DNA from: Dehalococcoidia bacterium
GTDB lineage: Bacteria; Chloroflexota; Dehalococcoidia; Plut-88900
DNA length: 64,000 nucleotides
Direction: 5' to 3'
Assembly: GCA_965197585.1 (NCBI GenBank)
Contig: OZ240215.1
Coordinates: 2,400,001-2,464,000, forward strand
Shown here: positions 1 through 10,117 of the stretch, in pieces
How the letters are laid out: every line of letters begins with the position of its first letter
How positions within the stretch are numbered: the stretch's first letter is position 1
The notes under the pieces: model-generated
Databases searched by the model: none
The model's input: the letters and a program-made list of their open reading frames with translations, nothing else
What the model was told of the DNA's origin: nothing
Program-made: the position numbers and the translations under genes

Positions 1-745
1 CGATAACATGGTGTATCGAGGCGTGGCCGTCGTCTACAACGCAGCCGACGCCGACCTCCCGCCCTTGGCCGTCGCCTGCCACAACGAAATTCCCCTGCGC
101 AGGGGACTCGGCAGCAGCGCCGCAGCTATCGCCGGGGGCATGGTCGCCGCCAATCTGCTCCTCGGTGGGCCACTGCCCCTGGAAGAGCTACTACGCCTCG
201 CCGACGCCATAGAAGGCCACCCCGACAACGTCGCCCCCGCCCTGTTCGGCGGCTGTCAAATCGTCATCCGGCAAGGTGAGCGCCTCGTCTCCGTCCCCTG
301 TCCCGTCGACGAAGGCCTTAGCGCCGTCCTCCTGGTCCCCGACGTTGAAATCCCCACCGACAAGGCCCGCGCCGTCATGCCCAAGCAAATACCCATGCAG
401 GACGCGGTCCACAATATCGGACGCGCCGCTCTGCTGGCCCTTGCCCTCAGCCGCGGCGATGCGAAATACCTCGCCCTAGCCACCCAGGACGTGCTCCACC
501 AGCCCTACCGGGCTCCCCTGTTCCCACCCATGACCGGCATCTTCGACGCCGCGATGGAGGCCGGGGCCCGTGGCGTCTTTTTGTCTGGCAGCGGGTCAAC
601 CATCCTGGCCCTTGCAGAATCCCGACCGGACACCATCGCCGAGGCCATGCTGCAGGAGGCCGTTCGGCAGGGGGTGAGCGCATCCACCCGCATCACCCGG
701 CCCTCCGCAGCCGGAGTTTCCGTAGTGCCCGAAGGAGAGGCCTAG
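1..745 (+). CDS. thrB: Homoserine kinase (5'-truncated by window edge)
   Basis: GHMP motif IPLRRGLGSSAAA, EGHPDNV and LSGSGST; directly upstream of aspartate kinase. Confidence 0.95.
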   Translation, partial: DNMVYRGVAVVYNAADADLPPLAVACHNEIPLRRGLGSSAAAIAGGMVAANLLLGGPLPLEELLRLADAIEGHPDNVAPALFGGCQIVIRQGERLVSVPCPVDEGLSAVLLVPDVEIPTDKARAVMPKQIPMQDAVHNIGRAALLALALSRGDAKYLALATQDVLHQPYRAPLFPPMTGIFDAAMEAGARGVFLSGSGSTILALAESRPDTIAEAMLQEAVRQGVSASTRITRPSAAGVSVVPEGEA

Positions 746-748
746 GCC

Positions 749-1972
749 ATGGCCCTGCTTGTTCAGAAATACGGCGGCACCTCCGTCGCAGACTCCACCC
801 GTATCATCAACGTCGCCAAGCGCATCGCCGCCGCCTCCGAAGCCGGCAATCAAGTCGTATCGGTGGTGTCGGCTATGGGAAACACCACCGATCGGCTCAT
901 AGAGCTCGCTCACGAGATCACCCCGGAGCCCAGCCCCCGGGAGCTCGACTTCCTCCTGTCCACCGGCGAGATCGTATCTTGCACCCTGCTTGCCATGGCC
1001 CTCCGGGAGCTCGGGGCCAAGGCCATCAGCCTCAGCGGCGCCCAGGCCGGCATCCAGACCGACGCCTCCCACAGCCGCGCCCGCATTGAGCAGGTGGAGA
1101 CCCGCCGGGTCCTGGGCGAGTTGGAAAAGGGCAATATCGTCATCGTCGCCGGCTTTCAGGGCATGACCACCGAAATGGAGACCACCACCCTGGGCCGTGG
1201 CGGCTCCGACACCACCGCCGTCGCCCTCGCCGCCGCCCTCAAGGCCGAGCGCTGCGAAATATACACAGACGTCCCAGGCGTCTTCACCGCCGACCCGCGG
1301 GTCGTGCCCAACGCCCGCAAACTTGTGGACCTCAGCTTCGAGGAGATGCTCGAGTTGGCCAGCTACGGCGCCGGCGTGCTTCACCCTCGATCGGTGGAGC
1401 TCGGGGCATTCTACGGCATACCTATCCTGGTCGCTTCCAGCTTCAGCAGCGAGCAGGGCACACTGATCCACGGAGGCGAGCCCATGGAATCAAGAAACAG
1501 ACTGAGCGGAATAGCCCATGACCTCGACACGGCAAAGATCACGGTCATGGGCATACCCGACCGTCCCGGCATCGCCGCCTCCCTCTTCGAGCCACTCGCC
1601 CGCGCCGGCATCAGTGTCGACACCATTGTCCAGAACGCCGGCGTGGACAACATCACCGACCTCACCTTCACCGTTTCCCGTCGAGACCTGGCCGCATCCC
1701 AGGAGATCGTCCGCCCCGTCGCAGAGAACCTCGGGGGACAGGGTATCGTCGCCAACGCTGAACTGGGCAAGGTAAGTATCGTAGGCAACGGAATGCAGGA
1801 CGCCCCCGGCTATGCCGCCCGGATGTTTACCGCCCTCCATCGGGCCGGAATAAACATCCAGATGATCACCACCTCCGAAATCCGTATCACCTGCATTGTC
1901 GACCGAGCCAACGTCACGAAGGCCGTCCAAGTCCTCTACGACGCTTTCTACGTGGAAGGGGCAGAGCTATAG
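749..1972 (+). CDS. lysC: Aspartate kinase
   Basis: [20 protein letters not shown]-terminal ACT domains; GGAGAGG RBS. Confidence 0.97.
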   Translation: MALLVQKYGGTSVADSTRIINVAKRIAAASEAGNQVVSVVSAMGNTTDRLIELAHEITPEPSPRELDFLLSTGEIVSCTLLAMALRELGAKAISLSGAQAGIQTDASHSRARIEQVETRRVLGELEKGNIVIVAGFQGMTTEMETTTLGRGGSDTTAVALAAALKAERCEIYTDVPGVFTADPRVVPNARKLVDLSFEEMLELASYGAGVLHPRSVELGAFYGIPILVASSFSSEQGTLIHGGEPMESRNRLSGIAHDLDTAKITVMGIPDRPGIAASLFEPLARAGISVDTIVQNAGVDNITDLTFTVSRRDLAASQEIVRPVAENLGGQGIVANAELGKVSIVGNGMQDAPGYAARMFTALHRAGINIQMITTSEIRITCIVDRANVTKAVQVLYDAFYVEGAEL

Positions 1973-2706
1973 CCTTCCCTGAAAGCGGCCCTCTCCTCTC
2001 CGTCATCGTCCCGGCCTTCAACGAAGAGGCCCGGATCGGTGACTCCCTCTCCAAAATCACCGCCTGGCTGGCCCGGCAGACCTACTCCTGGGAGGTGATC
2101 GTCGTTGACGACGGCAGCTCCGACTCCACCGCACGCCTCGTAACGGACGCTTCCTTCCGAATCCAGGGTGTTCGCCTAATATCTCAGCCTCATCGCGGCA
2201 AGGGCCACGCCGTCCGTGTGGGGATACAGGCAGCCGCCGGAGAGTATCGCTTCCAGTGCGACGCCGACCTATCCATGCCCATAGAGCAGCTGTCGCGCTT
2301 CCTCCCTCCCGAATTCATCGGACCCGGCATAGCCATCGGCTCACGGTCGGCCCCCGGGGCCCGCAGACTCGGCGAGCCACCCTTGCGCAAGCTCATGGGC
2401 AAAGCCTTCAATCTTCTCGTCAGGCTGGGAGGCGCCGGTTTCACTGACACCCAATGCGGTTTTAAGTGCTTCGCCGGGACTCGGGCCCACGCTCTGTTCA
2501 ATCTGCAACTGCTGGACGGTTTCGGCTCCGACGTGGAAGTGCTCTACCTGGCCCGGCGCGCCGGTATCCCGGTGGTGGAAGTCCCCATAGACTGGCATTA
2601 CCGCATCGGCAGCAAGGTGCGCCCAGTCCGGGACACTCTCCACATGCTCGCCGACCTGGCGGCAATTAGATTAAATGCTCTCCGCGGACGCTATCGCACC
2701 CGATGA
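1969..2706 (+). CDS. Glycosyltransferase family 2 (dolichyl-phosphate glucosyltransferase-like); probable ATA start
   Basis: In-frame [11 protein letters not shown] lies upstream of the called GTG (2095); [20 protein letters not shown] and DTQCGFK motifs. Confidence 0.88.
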   Translation: MAFPESGPLLSVIVPAFNEEARIGDSLSKITAWLARQTYSWEVIVVDDGSSDSTARLVTDASFRIQGVRLISQPHRGKGHAVRVGIQAAAGEYRFQCDADLSMPIEQLSRFLPPEFIGPGIAIGSRSAPGARRLGEPPLRKLMGKAFNLLVRLGGAGFTDTQCGFKCFAGTRAHALFNLQLLDGFGSDVEVLYLARRAGIPVVEVPIDWHYRIGSKVRPVRDTLHMLADLAAIRLNALRGRYRTR

Positions 2707-2747
2707 CACCCTGATCGCTTTATCTATCCGGCCCTGAAGCCTAACCC

Positions 2748-2837
2748 CATCCCCCCAATCCACCTTGAAAAATAGGCCATGGCCGGTCGGCGGGACCAAT
2801 CGTCCATAGCCTATTCCAAGTAGCATGGGGTGGGATG
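2748..2837 (-). ncRNA. Candidate structured RNA (long imperfect hairpin), family unassigned
   Basis: Intergenic ~90-nt inverted repeat whose + strand C/A mismatches become G-U pairs on the minus strand. Confidence 0.4.
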
Positions 2838-2872
2838 TGGAAAAAGATCCAAAAAGTTGCACCAAAAACCCC

Positions 2873-2901
2873 TTGCACTGTCTGGAATTTGTTTGCAAAA
2901 T
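2873..2901 (+). promoter_or_regulatory. Putative sigma70 promoter for the CoA-binding protein gene
   Basis: TTGCAC-17 bp-CAAAAT about 25 bp upstream of ATG 2926. Confidence 0.45.
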
Positions 2902-2925
2902 TGCCCAAACCTTGAGAGAACCCTC

Positions 2926-3321
2926 ATGAACACCGTTCGAGACATACTCGAAAAGAGCAAAGTCATAGCCGTTGTGGGCCTCTCTCCCAAGCCGGAGAGG
3001 GACAGCCACGAAGTGGCAAAATACCTGCAGGGCCAGGGATATCGCATCGTGCCCGTCAATCCCAGGGCCGATACTATCCTCGGCGAAAAGTCTTACCCCG
3101 ACCTCGCTTCCATCCCCGAGAAAGTCGACGTAGTAGACATCTTCCGCAGGTCGGATGATGTGCCCCCCGTTGTCGATCAAGCCATCGCCATCGGCGCTAA
3201 GGCCGTGTGGATGCAGCTTGGCATTGTTAACGAAGGTGCTGCCGCCAAGGCCCGGGAGGCGGGCCTGGGAGTCGTAATGGATCGCTGCATGCTCGTAGAG
3301 CACCGGGATTTGGTTCCCTAG
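2926..3321 (+). CDS. CoA-binding protein (YccU/CoA_binding_2 family)
   Basis: IAVVGLSPKPERDS, VPVNP, VDVVDIFR, VWMQLG, VMDRC; start placed at ATG 2926. Confidence 0.92.
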   Translation: MNTVRDILEKSKVIAVVGLSPKPERDSHEVAKYLQGQGYRIVPVNPRADTILGEKSYPDLASIPEKVDVVDIFRRSDDVPPVVDQAIAIGAKAVWMQLGIVNEGAAAKAREAGLGVVMDRCMLVEHRDLVP

Positions 3322-3402
3322 AATTCCTGCCCGGCGCTGATCGCCGGATGCCCGGTTCCCGAGTCCCCGGTTCACAAATCTTGATTCCCACACTGGATAG
3401 CC

Positions 3403-4278
3403 ATGCGAACAACATCTGGTAATACCCTAATCGCCCGCACCGGCCCCGCCGCCCTGACCCGTAGCGCCATAGAAATGGCTACCAAGGGCCGGTGGACCGA
3501 CGCCCTTGACCTGAACCACCAGATCCTCGAACGCGATCCCGCCGACTGCGCCGCCTGGAACCGGATGGCCAAGGCCCTGGTACAGCTCGGCCGCTATTCC
3601 GGGGCCCGGGACGCTTTCGCCGAGACCCTTAGGCTCGACCCAGCCAATGGCATTGCCCGCAAAAACCTCGAAAAGCTGGAGGGCCTGTCGGAGGACGGAC
3701 CGGTGTGCCAGGCCGTCACGGCCGAGATGTCCCCCCAACAGTTCATTGAAGATACGGGCAAGTCCAGCGTGACGGACCTCGTAAAACTGGGTGACCCCGA
3801 GACGTTGAAACGGCTCGTGAGCGGACAATCGGTAGAGTTGCGGATTCAGGACGGGAAACTATCCGTGGATACCCTTAACGGTGACTATATAGGGCAGGTG
3901 GAGCCGAAGCTTGCCTTCCGGTTGTCGGAGCTGGTCAGGGGAGGCAACAAGTATCAGGGGGCCATAACCAGCGCACGAGAAGGGCACGTGAAGGTGATGC
4001 TCCGGGAAACCCTCGTGGCCCCAGACCAGGTGGGTAAGAGGTCCTTCCCTTCAAAGTCGGCGGACGGCTTCCGGCCCTATATGAAGAGCAGGGCTGGGCT
4101 TCATGAGTCAGAGGCCTCACCGGATTGGCAGAAAGACGACGACGAGCTGGAGAGCCACCAGGCCTGGAACAAGGACTACGAGGAGCCCGACGAAGACCCG
4201 CTGGACACCACCGTTCCTCACGGCATCCGCATCGTAGACGATCAAAAAGACTCCCTGGATGAAGAGGAAGAAGAGTAG
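3403..4278 (+). CDS. Tetratricopeptide-repeat protein with acidic C-terminal tail
   Basis: TPR-like AWNRMAKALVQLGRYSGARDAFAETLRLDPAN; FIEDTGKS motif; acidic tail. Confidence 0.75.
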   Translation: MRTTSGNTLIARTGPAALTRSAIEMATKGRWTDALDLNHQILERDPADCAAWNRMAKALVQLGRYSGARDAFAETLRLDPANGIARKNLEKLEGLSEDGPVCQAVTAEMSPQQFIEDTGKSSVTDLVKLGDPETLKRLVSGQSVELRIQDGKLSVDTLNGDYIGQVEPKLAFRLSELVRGGNKYQGAITSAREGHVKVMLRETLVAPDQVGKRSFPSKSADGFRPYMKSRAGLHESEASPDWQKDDDELESHQAWNKDYEEPDEDPLDTTVPHGIRIVDDQKDSLDEEEEE

Positions 4279-4330
4279 TTCGACTACACCTTCTTCCGCA
4301 TCTCTCCTTCCCTGAAGTTCGAGCCTCATA

Positions 4331-4366
4331 GGGCCCCGGTACTGAGTGCCCGGGCTTTCTTGTCTT
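4331..4366 (+). terminator. Probable intrinsic terminator
   Basis: GC hairpin GGGCCCCGG...CCGGGCTT followed by a T-rich tract after the TPR gene. Confidence 0.45.
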
Positions 4367-4451
4367 CATCCAATTCGTGAGGCTATGGGGCTCTCTCGTA
4401 CTACCGATGTAGAATAGGTGGTAAACTCTCTACCCGAACGAGGTAGCCCTT

Positions 4452-5372
4452 TTGCCCCAGCCCAAAGCCTTCCAGGATTTCCTTGCCGCGTACCCCTCCC
4501 TCCAGGCCATCGGCAACACGCCGATGGTCAAACTGGACCTACCGCTGGACTTCGGCAGCGCCGAGATACTGGCCAAGTACGAGCAGCTAAACCCCGGCGG
4601 GTCCATAAAAGACCGCCCAGTCCTCAGGATGCTCGTAGAGGCCATGATGTCCGGCCAACTGACCCGGGACAAGGTGGTCCTGGACTCGACCTCCGGCAAC
4701 GCCGGCATCGCCTACGCCATGATCGGCGCGACTCTCGGCTGCAAAGTAGAGCTGGTCATGCCGGCCAACGCCAGTGAGGAGCGCAAGAAGCGCATCCGTG
4801 CCCACGGCGCCGACATAGTGCTCACCGACCCTCTTCTTGGCTACGATGAAAGCCTCCGGGAGGTCCGCCGCCGCTTCGACAGTGACCCCGGCGCCTACTT
4901 CTTCTGCGACCAGTACAAGAACAACAACAACTGGCGTGCCCACTATGAAAGCACCGCAGAAGAGATCATGGCCCAGGCCCCCGGTATCACCCACTTCGTA
5001 GCGGGCGTGGGAACGGGAGGCACCATAACGGGCGTCGGCAGGCGGCTTAAAAAGGAGAATCCGGCCATAAAGGTCATCTGCATAGTCCCCGGAGACTGGC
5101 GGGGCGTAGAGGGCCTGAAGCCCCTCGGCGAAGGGGCCATAGTGCCGGAGATCCTCGACGAGACCATCATCGACGAGCGTATCGAGATTGATGTAGATGC
5201 CGCCCACGACATGTCTCGGCTCTTGGCCTCCAGAGGTATATTCGTGGGTCAGTCCTCGGGGGCCTATCTCCAGGGCGCCTGCCAGGTGGCCCAGCGTGAT
5301 AAGCAAGGCCGAATCGTCACCATCTTCAATGACATCGGCGAGAGATACTTCTCAACCGGCATGTGGGACTAG
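4452..5372 (+). CDS. cysM: PLP-dependent cysteine synthase family protein
   Basis: IGNTPMV, NPGGSIKDR, STSGNAG, GVGTGGT, ERYFST. Confidence 0.85.
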   Translation: MPQPKAFQDFLAAYPSLQAIGNTPMVKLDLPLDFGSAEILAKYEQLNPGGSIKDRPVLRMLVEAMMSGQLTRDKVVLDSTSGNAGIAYAMIGATLGCKVELVMPANASEERKKRIRAHGADIVLTDPLLGYDESLREVRRRFDSDPGAYFFCDQYKNNNNWRAHYESTAEEIMAQAPGITHFVAGVGTGGTITGVGRRLKKENPAIKVICIVPGDWRGVEGLKPLGEGAIVPEILDETIIDERIEIDVDAAHDMSRLLASRGIFVGQSSGAYLQGACQVAQRDKQGRIVTIFNDIGERYFSTGMWD

Positions 5373-5423
5373 CCCTCCCTCTTCTCTCTTGACAACCCCG
5401 CCCACTTCCTCAATAGTGGCCCA

Positions 5424-6221
5424 ATGACTCCAGCCACAGCCACCTACACCGAAGAAATCATCGCCGGCGCCGATCTCCAGATCCTCAAGGCCGGCTCGGG
5501 CCCTCCCCTCATCATCCTCCACGACGAGATGGGGCAGCACGCCTGGCTCCGCTACCAGCAGGCCCTGTCTGAGCATTTCGAGGTCTCGGTCCCCTCCCAC
5601 CCCGGATACGGCAAGTCGACACGACTCGACTGGATAATGACCATGCGCGACATGGCCAACTGGTACCTGCAAGCCTTCGACGATCTCGGGATTCGGGAGG
5701 CCAACGTCATCGGCCTGTCCCTTGGGGGCTGGCTTGCGGCCACCATAGCCGCCTTCTGCCCCCACCACTTCAAGAAGATGGTCCTCGTCGGGGCCGCGGG
5801 CATTAAGCCCCCCGAAGGCGAAATCTTCGACATGTTCATGGAGACGGCCTCCGACTACATCAAGTTAACAGTCACCGACCCCCTAGCCACGGAAGAGTTC
5901 CGCACAGTCTGCCCCGACACCCCCTCCCCCGAGCTTGCCGAGGCCTGGGAGGTCGCCCGAGAGCAGTCGGTGCGACTCAGCTGGCGGCCCTACATGCACG
6001 ACCCCGCCCTTCCCCACCTCCTGGGCCGCGCCGCAAGCATTCCAACTCTTCTGGTCTGGGGCGCAAAGGATGCAATCGTACCTGTCAGCGCGGGCCGGGC
6101 GTACAAAGAGGCCATACCGGGCTCCGATTTGGCCGTCATCGAGGCCTCAGGCCACCGCCCCGAGATAGAAGCCCCCGACCAGTTCCTTAAGCTGGTCCTG
6201 GACTTCTTCAAAGACAGTTAG
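5424..6221 (+). CDS. Alpha/beta fold hydrolase
   Basis: HPGYGKS, nucleophile elbow GLSLGG, WGAKD, GHRP. Confidence 0.9.
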   Translation: MTPATATYTEEIIAGADLQILKAGSGPPLIILHDEMGQHAWLRYQQALSEHFEVSVPSHPGYGKSTRLDWIMTMRDMANWYLQAFDDLGIREANVIGLSLGGWLAATIAAFCPHHFKKMVLVGAAGIKPPEGEIFDMFMETASDYIKLTVTDPLATEEFRTVCPDTPSPELAEAWEVAREQSVRLSWRPYMHDPALPHLLGRAASIPTLLVWGAKDAIVPVSAGRAYKEAIPGSDLAVIEASGHRPEIEAPDQFLKLVLDFFKDS

Positions 6222-6280
6222 TCCTATTCCCCCGTGTATAATCCCTCCCGCGGGAACGTTGCAGCGGGCAGGAGGACGCC

Positions 6281-7534
6281 ATGTTCATAGGTCACTTCAC
6301 CGAGAGACCCTACCAGGATCCCAAGTCCGGCTATTTCGGGGCTACCGGCCTGCCCATAAAGGACCTGACCCTCAGTAACGAGATCTACGACCCGGAGGTC
6401 GGCGCCGACCTCTATAACCGCTACCTCGACGAAAAAATCTACGCCGACGAAGCGGGTTTCGACGGCCTCATGCTCAACGAGCATCACTCCACCCCCTTCT
6501 GCATGGGCGGCGCCACCAACGTCGAAGCCGCTATCCTGGCCCGCATCACCAAGAACGCCAAGATCGTCCTCCTCGGCAACATCCTTCCCCTCTGGGACGA
6601 TCCCCTATGGCTGGTAGAGCAGCTTGCCATGATCGACCTCATCTCCCACGGCCGCCTAATCCCCGGATGGGTGCGTGGCACGGGGCGGGAGATGGTCTCC
6701 CACAACATCCCCCCCGCCTACAACTGGGAGCGCTTCCAGGAGGCCCACGAGTTCATCATTAAAGCCTGGACCACCTCGGGGCCCTTCCGATGGGAGGGGA
6801 AACATTACCACTATCGCTACGTGAACCCGTGGGTCAAGCCCTACCAGAAGCCCCATCCCCCCATCTGGCTCCCGGGCGTCGTGAGCCGAGACTCCCTGAT
6901 GTGGGCGGCGGAAAAACGCATACCCTACGTCATGCTCGCCACAAAGTTGGAGCCCACACGGCAGGCCTTCCAGCTTTACCACGAACGGGCCGCCGAGCTT
7001 GGCTATCAGTCGGGGCCCCAGAACATCGGCTACCTATGGAAGGTTCACGTCGACGAGACCGAAGAGCTCGCCGAGGAGGCCGCCCGCAAGTACGTTCAGG
7101 GCCCGAGCAACCCGTTCCTCGCCGGCAACGAGGGCACCACCAACCTAGCCCTCGCCTCTCTCCCCGGCATGACCTCTAGAAGGCGCGTCCTCCCCACCCG
7201 GACTGCCGCCACCAAGTACCGCGGTGGTGTAGAGAGCGTCCCCTACGAGGAGCAGATCGAGAACTACAGCATCTCCGCAGGCACCCCCAAAACCGTCCTC
7301 CCCAAGATTCGACACGTCCTCGAAACGCTGCGTCCCGGCATTGTCATCTTCTGGGACGGCGACGGCGCAATGACTCACGAAGAGCAGATGCGGAGCCTCC
7401 GTCTGATGAAGGAAGAGGTTATACCCGCGGTCCGGGAGATGGCCGCCGAGCTTGACCTCCCCGGCCCCACGGAGGTCGACCCCGCCACAGGCCAAAAGAT
7501 AGCATCCAACGGCGCTCTGGCCCACGCCGGCTAG
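6281..7534 (+). CDS. LLM-class flavin-dependent monooxygenase
   Basis: GFDGLMLNEHH, DLISHGRL, KPYQKPHPPIW. Confidence 0.93.
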   Translation: MFIGHFTERPYQDPKSGYFGATGLPIKDLTLSNEIYDPEVGADLYNRYLDEKIYADEAGFDGLMLNEHHSTPFCMGGATNVEAAILARITKNAKIVLLGNILPLWDDPLWLVEQLAMIDLISHGRLIPGWVRGTGREMVSHNIPPAYNWERFQEAHEFIIKAWTTSGPFRWEGKHYHYRYVNPWVKPYQKPHPPIWLPGVVSRDSLMWAAEKRIPYVMLATKLEPTRQAFQLYHERAAELGYQSGPQNIGYLWKVHVDETEELAEEAARKYVQGPSNPFLAGNEGTTNLALASLPGMTSRRRVLPTRTAATKYRGGVESVPYEEQIENYSISAGTPKTVLPKIRHVLETLRPGIVIFWDGDGAMTHEEQMRSLRLMKEEVIPAVREMAAELDLPGPTEVDPATGQKIASNGALAHAG

Positions 7535-7580
7535 TCTACCCTGCTCTCAGGAGTCCCGAACGAAGCCCCACCCTCTAACG

Positions 7581-7650
7581 GTCATTCCTGCGGAGGTCGC
7601 AGATGCGCCTGTGGCGTGCAGGCCGCAGGTGCGCCGGGGCGTGAATCCAT
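7581..7650. repeat. REP-like palindromic element (GTCATTCC...GAATCCA) with internal ~20-bp direct repeat
   Basis: Starts GTCATTCCTGCG and ends GAATCCA; internal CGCAGATGCGCCTGTGGCGTG / CGCAGGTGCGCCGGGGCGTG; lies between convergent genes. Confidence 0.45.
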
Positions 7651-7704
7651 CCCTCGCCTAAAGGAGCGAAGAACTAGGGGGTTAGTTGGGGAATTTAACC
7701 CCCC

Positions 7705-8565
7705 TCACACAATCGCCAGCGGGTTCCACGGCGATCCCGAAGCACCCGTCATCCGCAATGGCGCACCTATGAACAGGAACTCGTAGACCCTGTCTCGCGC
7801 CAGCTCCTCCAGATCCAGGCTCTCCATCAGGTAAATCCCCAGGTCCCGCAGCGCGTACCTATGTAGAGGCGCCGAGCTATATGTGGGGGGCTTCGCCTCA
7901 ACCGTCGGGTGGTCGGCCCCCAGGGCGCAGATGTCCCGCTCCATAAGCCACGGCTTCAGGCTTCCGTCCGGCCCCGGGAATTGGGAACTCCATAGTGCCC
8001 CGTCCCTTTCGAAGAGGGTGTACCAACCCGTGCGCACCAACACGATGTCTCCCGTCTCGATGCTCACGCCCTGGGCCTTGGCCGCCCCGTCCAGGTCCTC
8101 ACCAGTGACCGTGTACTCCGGCCCGATGTGCTCGATTCTCATGTAGGCCGGCAGGTCAAGCATGATCCCCCGCCCCACCATGTGCCGCACGTTCTCTATT
8201 CCGTTTTTCCCGACTCCCCGGCTTGTAATCTCGCTTTCCGGGTGGCCGTTGTACATCTCGGCCTCGGCCCAGACGTGTCCCAGGGCGTCGATGTGCGTCC
8301 CGGAGTGGACCTCCATAGTAACCATGTCATCCACAAAGCTGATCTCCGGGTTATCCATGTGCCAGAAGTGGTGAGTCTTCCAGGTCTTGTGGAAATCCGG
8401 GAGCTGGGGCCCGTCCCGCTCTAGTGGCACTGCGAGGCTGTATATCTTGGCCCTTTTGACCAGTTGGAAGGCCTTAAGCATCCTTTCCGAGGTTAGCAGA
8501 TTCAGAGCCCCTAACTGGTCCTCGTGACCCCATCTGCCCCAGTTGTTCCCACCACTCTCAGCCAT
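7705..8565 (-). CDS. Cyclase family protein (kynurenine formamidase-like)
   Basis: NWGRWG.EDQLGALN, HSGTHIDALGH, GDIVLVRTGW, GASGSP.NPLA. Confidence 0.92.
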   Translation of the reverse strand: MAESGGNNWGRWGHEDQLGALNLLTSERMLKAFQLVKRAKIYSLAVPLERDGPQLPDFHKTWKTHHFWHMDNPEISFVDDMVTMEVHSGTHIDALGHVWAEAEMYNGHPESEITSRGVGKNGIENVRHMVGRGIMLDLPAYMRIEHIGPEYTVTGEDLDGAAKAQGVSIETGDIVLVRTGWYTLFERDGALWSSQFPGPDGSLKPWLMERDICALGADHPTVEAKPPTYSSAPLHRYALRDLGIYLMESLDLEELARDRVYEFLFIGAPLRMTGASGSPWNPLAIV

Positions 8566-8612
8566 CGTAGCCTCCTAATTTTTATGACAAGCCTCGAACC
8601 TTTTACCCCATG

Positions 8613-8657
8613 ATGATAAAGCCGCCCCGAGCGTCGTGCTCGGGGCGGCTTTATCAT
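8613..8657. terminator. Perfect 20-bp-stem hairpin downstream of hisIE
   Basis: ATGATAAAGCCGCCCCGAGC-gtcgt-GCTCGGGGCGGCTTTATCAT. Confidence 0.7.
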
Positions 8658-8675
8658 GCAATCTGTTGGAAGGGC

Positions 8676-9287
8676 CTACTTCTGTCTTCCCCGTAACTCT
8701 TCAAAGACCTGTTCTGGGGTTGCGTCTACGGAGGCCAGCAGGACCAGAGTGTGGAACCAGAGATCGGCTACCTCGCTTACCGTACGCTCACGCCCTTCAT
8801 CCAGGGCCGCAATAACCGCCTCTCCAGCCTCCTCAACCACCTTCTTGCCGATCTTGCGGGGCCCCTTCTTAAGGAGTTTGGAAACGTAGCTGCCCTTGGG
8901 TTTGTCCCGCTTCCTCTGCTCTATCATCTGAAAGAGTTCGGCCAACATATCTCCCTGCGTCCGCTCGAACTCAGGAGTCTCGTCCGGAAGCTCTTCAAAG
9001 AAACAGCTCGTCTCGCCTGTGTGGCAGGCCGGGCCCGTGGGCTCCGCCGCAATGAGTAAAGCGTCGCCGTCGCAGTCAACACTGATGCTGCGCACGTTCA
9101 GGTAGTTGCCCGAAGTCTCACCTTTGTGCCATAGCTCCTGGCGGCTCCGGCTGTAGAACCACACCTGCCCCGATGCCCGAGTCTTCTCCAGCGACTCTTG
9201 ATTCATGTAGGCAAGGGTCAGCACTCGCCCCGTGTCGGCGTCCTGCACTATCGCGGGCACCAGCCCCTTGTCGTCAAGCTTGATCAT
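8676..9287 (-). CDS. hisIE: Bifunctional phosphoribosyl-AMP cyclohydrolase / phosphoribosyl-ATP diphosphatase
   Basis: [45 protein letters not shown]. Confidence 0.97.
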   Translation of the reverse strand: MIKLDDKGLVPAIVQDADTGRVLTLAYMNQESLEKTRASGQVWFYSRSRQELWHKGETSGNYLNVRSISVDCDGDALLIAAEPTGPACHTGETSCFFEELPDETPEFERTQGDMLAELFQMIEQRKRDKPKGSYVSKLLKKGPRKIGKKVVEEAGEAVIAALDEGRERTVSEVADLWFHTLVLLASVDATPEQVFEELRGRQK

Positions 9288-10107
9288 CCACTGATTCCTC
9301 CTGCACAGCAGGTCTGCTGGGCACTCCTCGCACCGTCAAGTACTCTTTTGCCTGGGCTATGGTATAGGTCCCATAGTGGAAGATACTGGCTGCCAGTGCC
9401 GCGTCCGCCTTGCCGTCTACCAAGGCGTCGTGCAGGTGGGCCAAATTGCCCGCTCCTCCACTGGCTATCAGAGGCACCGGCACCGACTCCGAAATAAGCC
9501 GGTTCAGCTCCAGGTCGTAGCCCGTCTGCTGGCCGTCGGCGTCCATACTGGTTACCAGCAGTTCGCCCGCGCCCAGCTCCGCAACTCTGGCCGCCCACTT
9601 CAAGGCATCGATGCCCGTGGGCCGCCTCCCTCCGTGGGTATAAACCTCCCACTTGGACCCGGGCCCCAAGCCCAGGTCGTCTTCCCGTTCAGGGCGGGCT
9701 CCGTCTATCCGCTTTGCGTCAATCGCCGCCACTATGCACTGGCTCCCGAATGCCCGTGCGCCCTCCTCAATGATCGTTGGGTCCAACACTCCCGCCGTGT
9801 TGACCGCCGTCTTGTCGGCTCCAGCGTCCAAGATGCGGCGCATGTCCTCCGTCGTCCTGATGCCGCCACCCACGGTCAGAGGTATGAACACCTGCTCCGA
9901 CACTCTGTTCACGACGTCGATCATGATGTTCCGCTCGTCGGAGCTTGCCGTGATGTCCAGGAAGACCAGTTCGTCGGCGCCCTCGGCATAATAGAAGGCC
10001 GCCATCTCCGCCGGGTCTCCGGCGTCCTGGAGATTAACGAAGCTTACGCCCTTGACGACCCGCCCCCGGTCTACGTCCAGGCAAGGGATTATGCGCTTGG
10101 TAAGCAT
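9274..10107 (-). CDS. hisF: Imidazole glycerol phosphate synthase cyclase subunit
   Basis: [38 protein letters not shown]. Confidence 0.98.
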   Translation of the reverse strand: MLTKRIIPCLDVDRGRVVKGVSFVNLQDAGDPAEMAAFYYAEGADELVFLDITASSDERNIMIDVVNRVSEQVFIPLTVGGGIRTTEDMRRILDAGADKTAVNTAGVLDPTIIEEGARAFGSQCIVAAIDAKRIDGARPEREDDLGLGPGSKWEVYTHGGRRPTGIDALKWAARVAELGAGELLVTSMDADGQQTGYDLELNRLISESVPVPLIASGGAGNLAHLHDALVDGKADAALAASIFHYGTYTIAQAKEYLTVRGVPSRPAVQEESVDDQA

Positions 10108-10117
10108 GGGGGTTGCG

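Noticed and set aside
596-1471. Long antisense ORFs (also 4587-5306, 9376-10149, 10352-11143, 46787-47920 and others)
   Set aside because: Shadow frames of well-supported genes in GC-rich DNA, with no recognisable motifs
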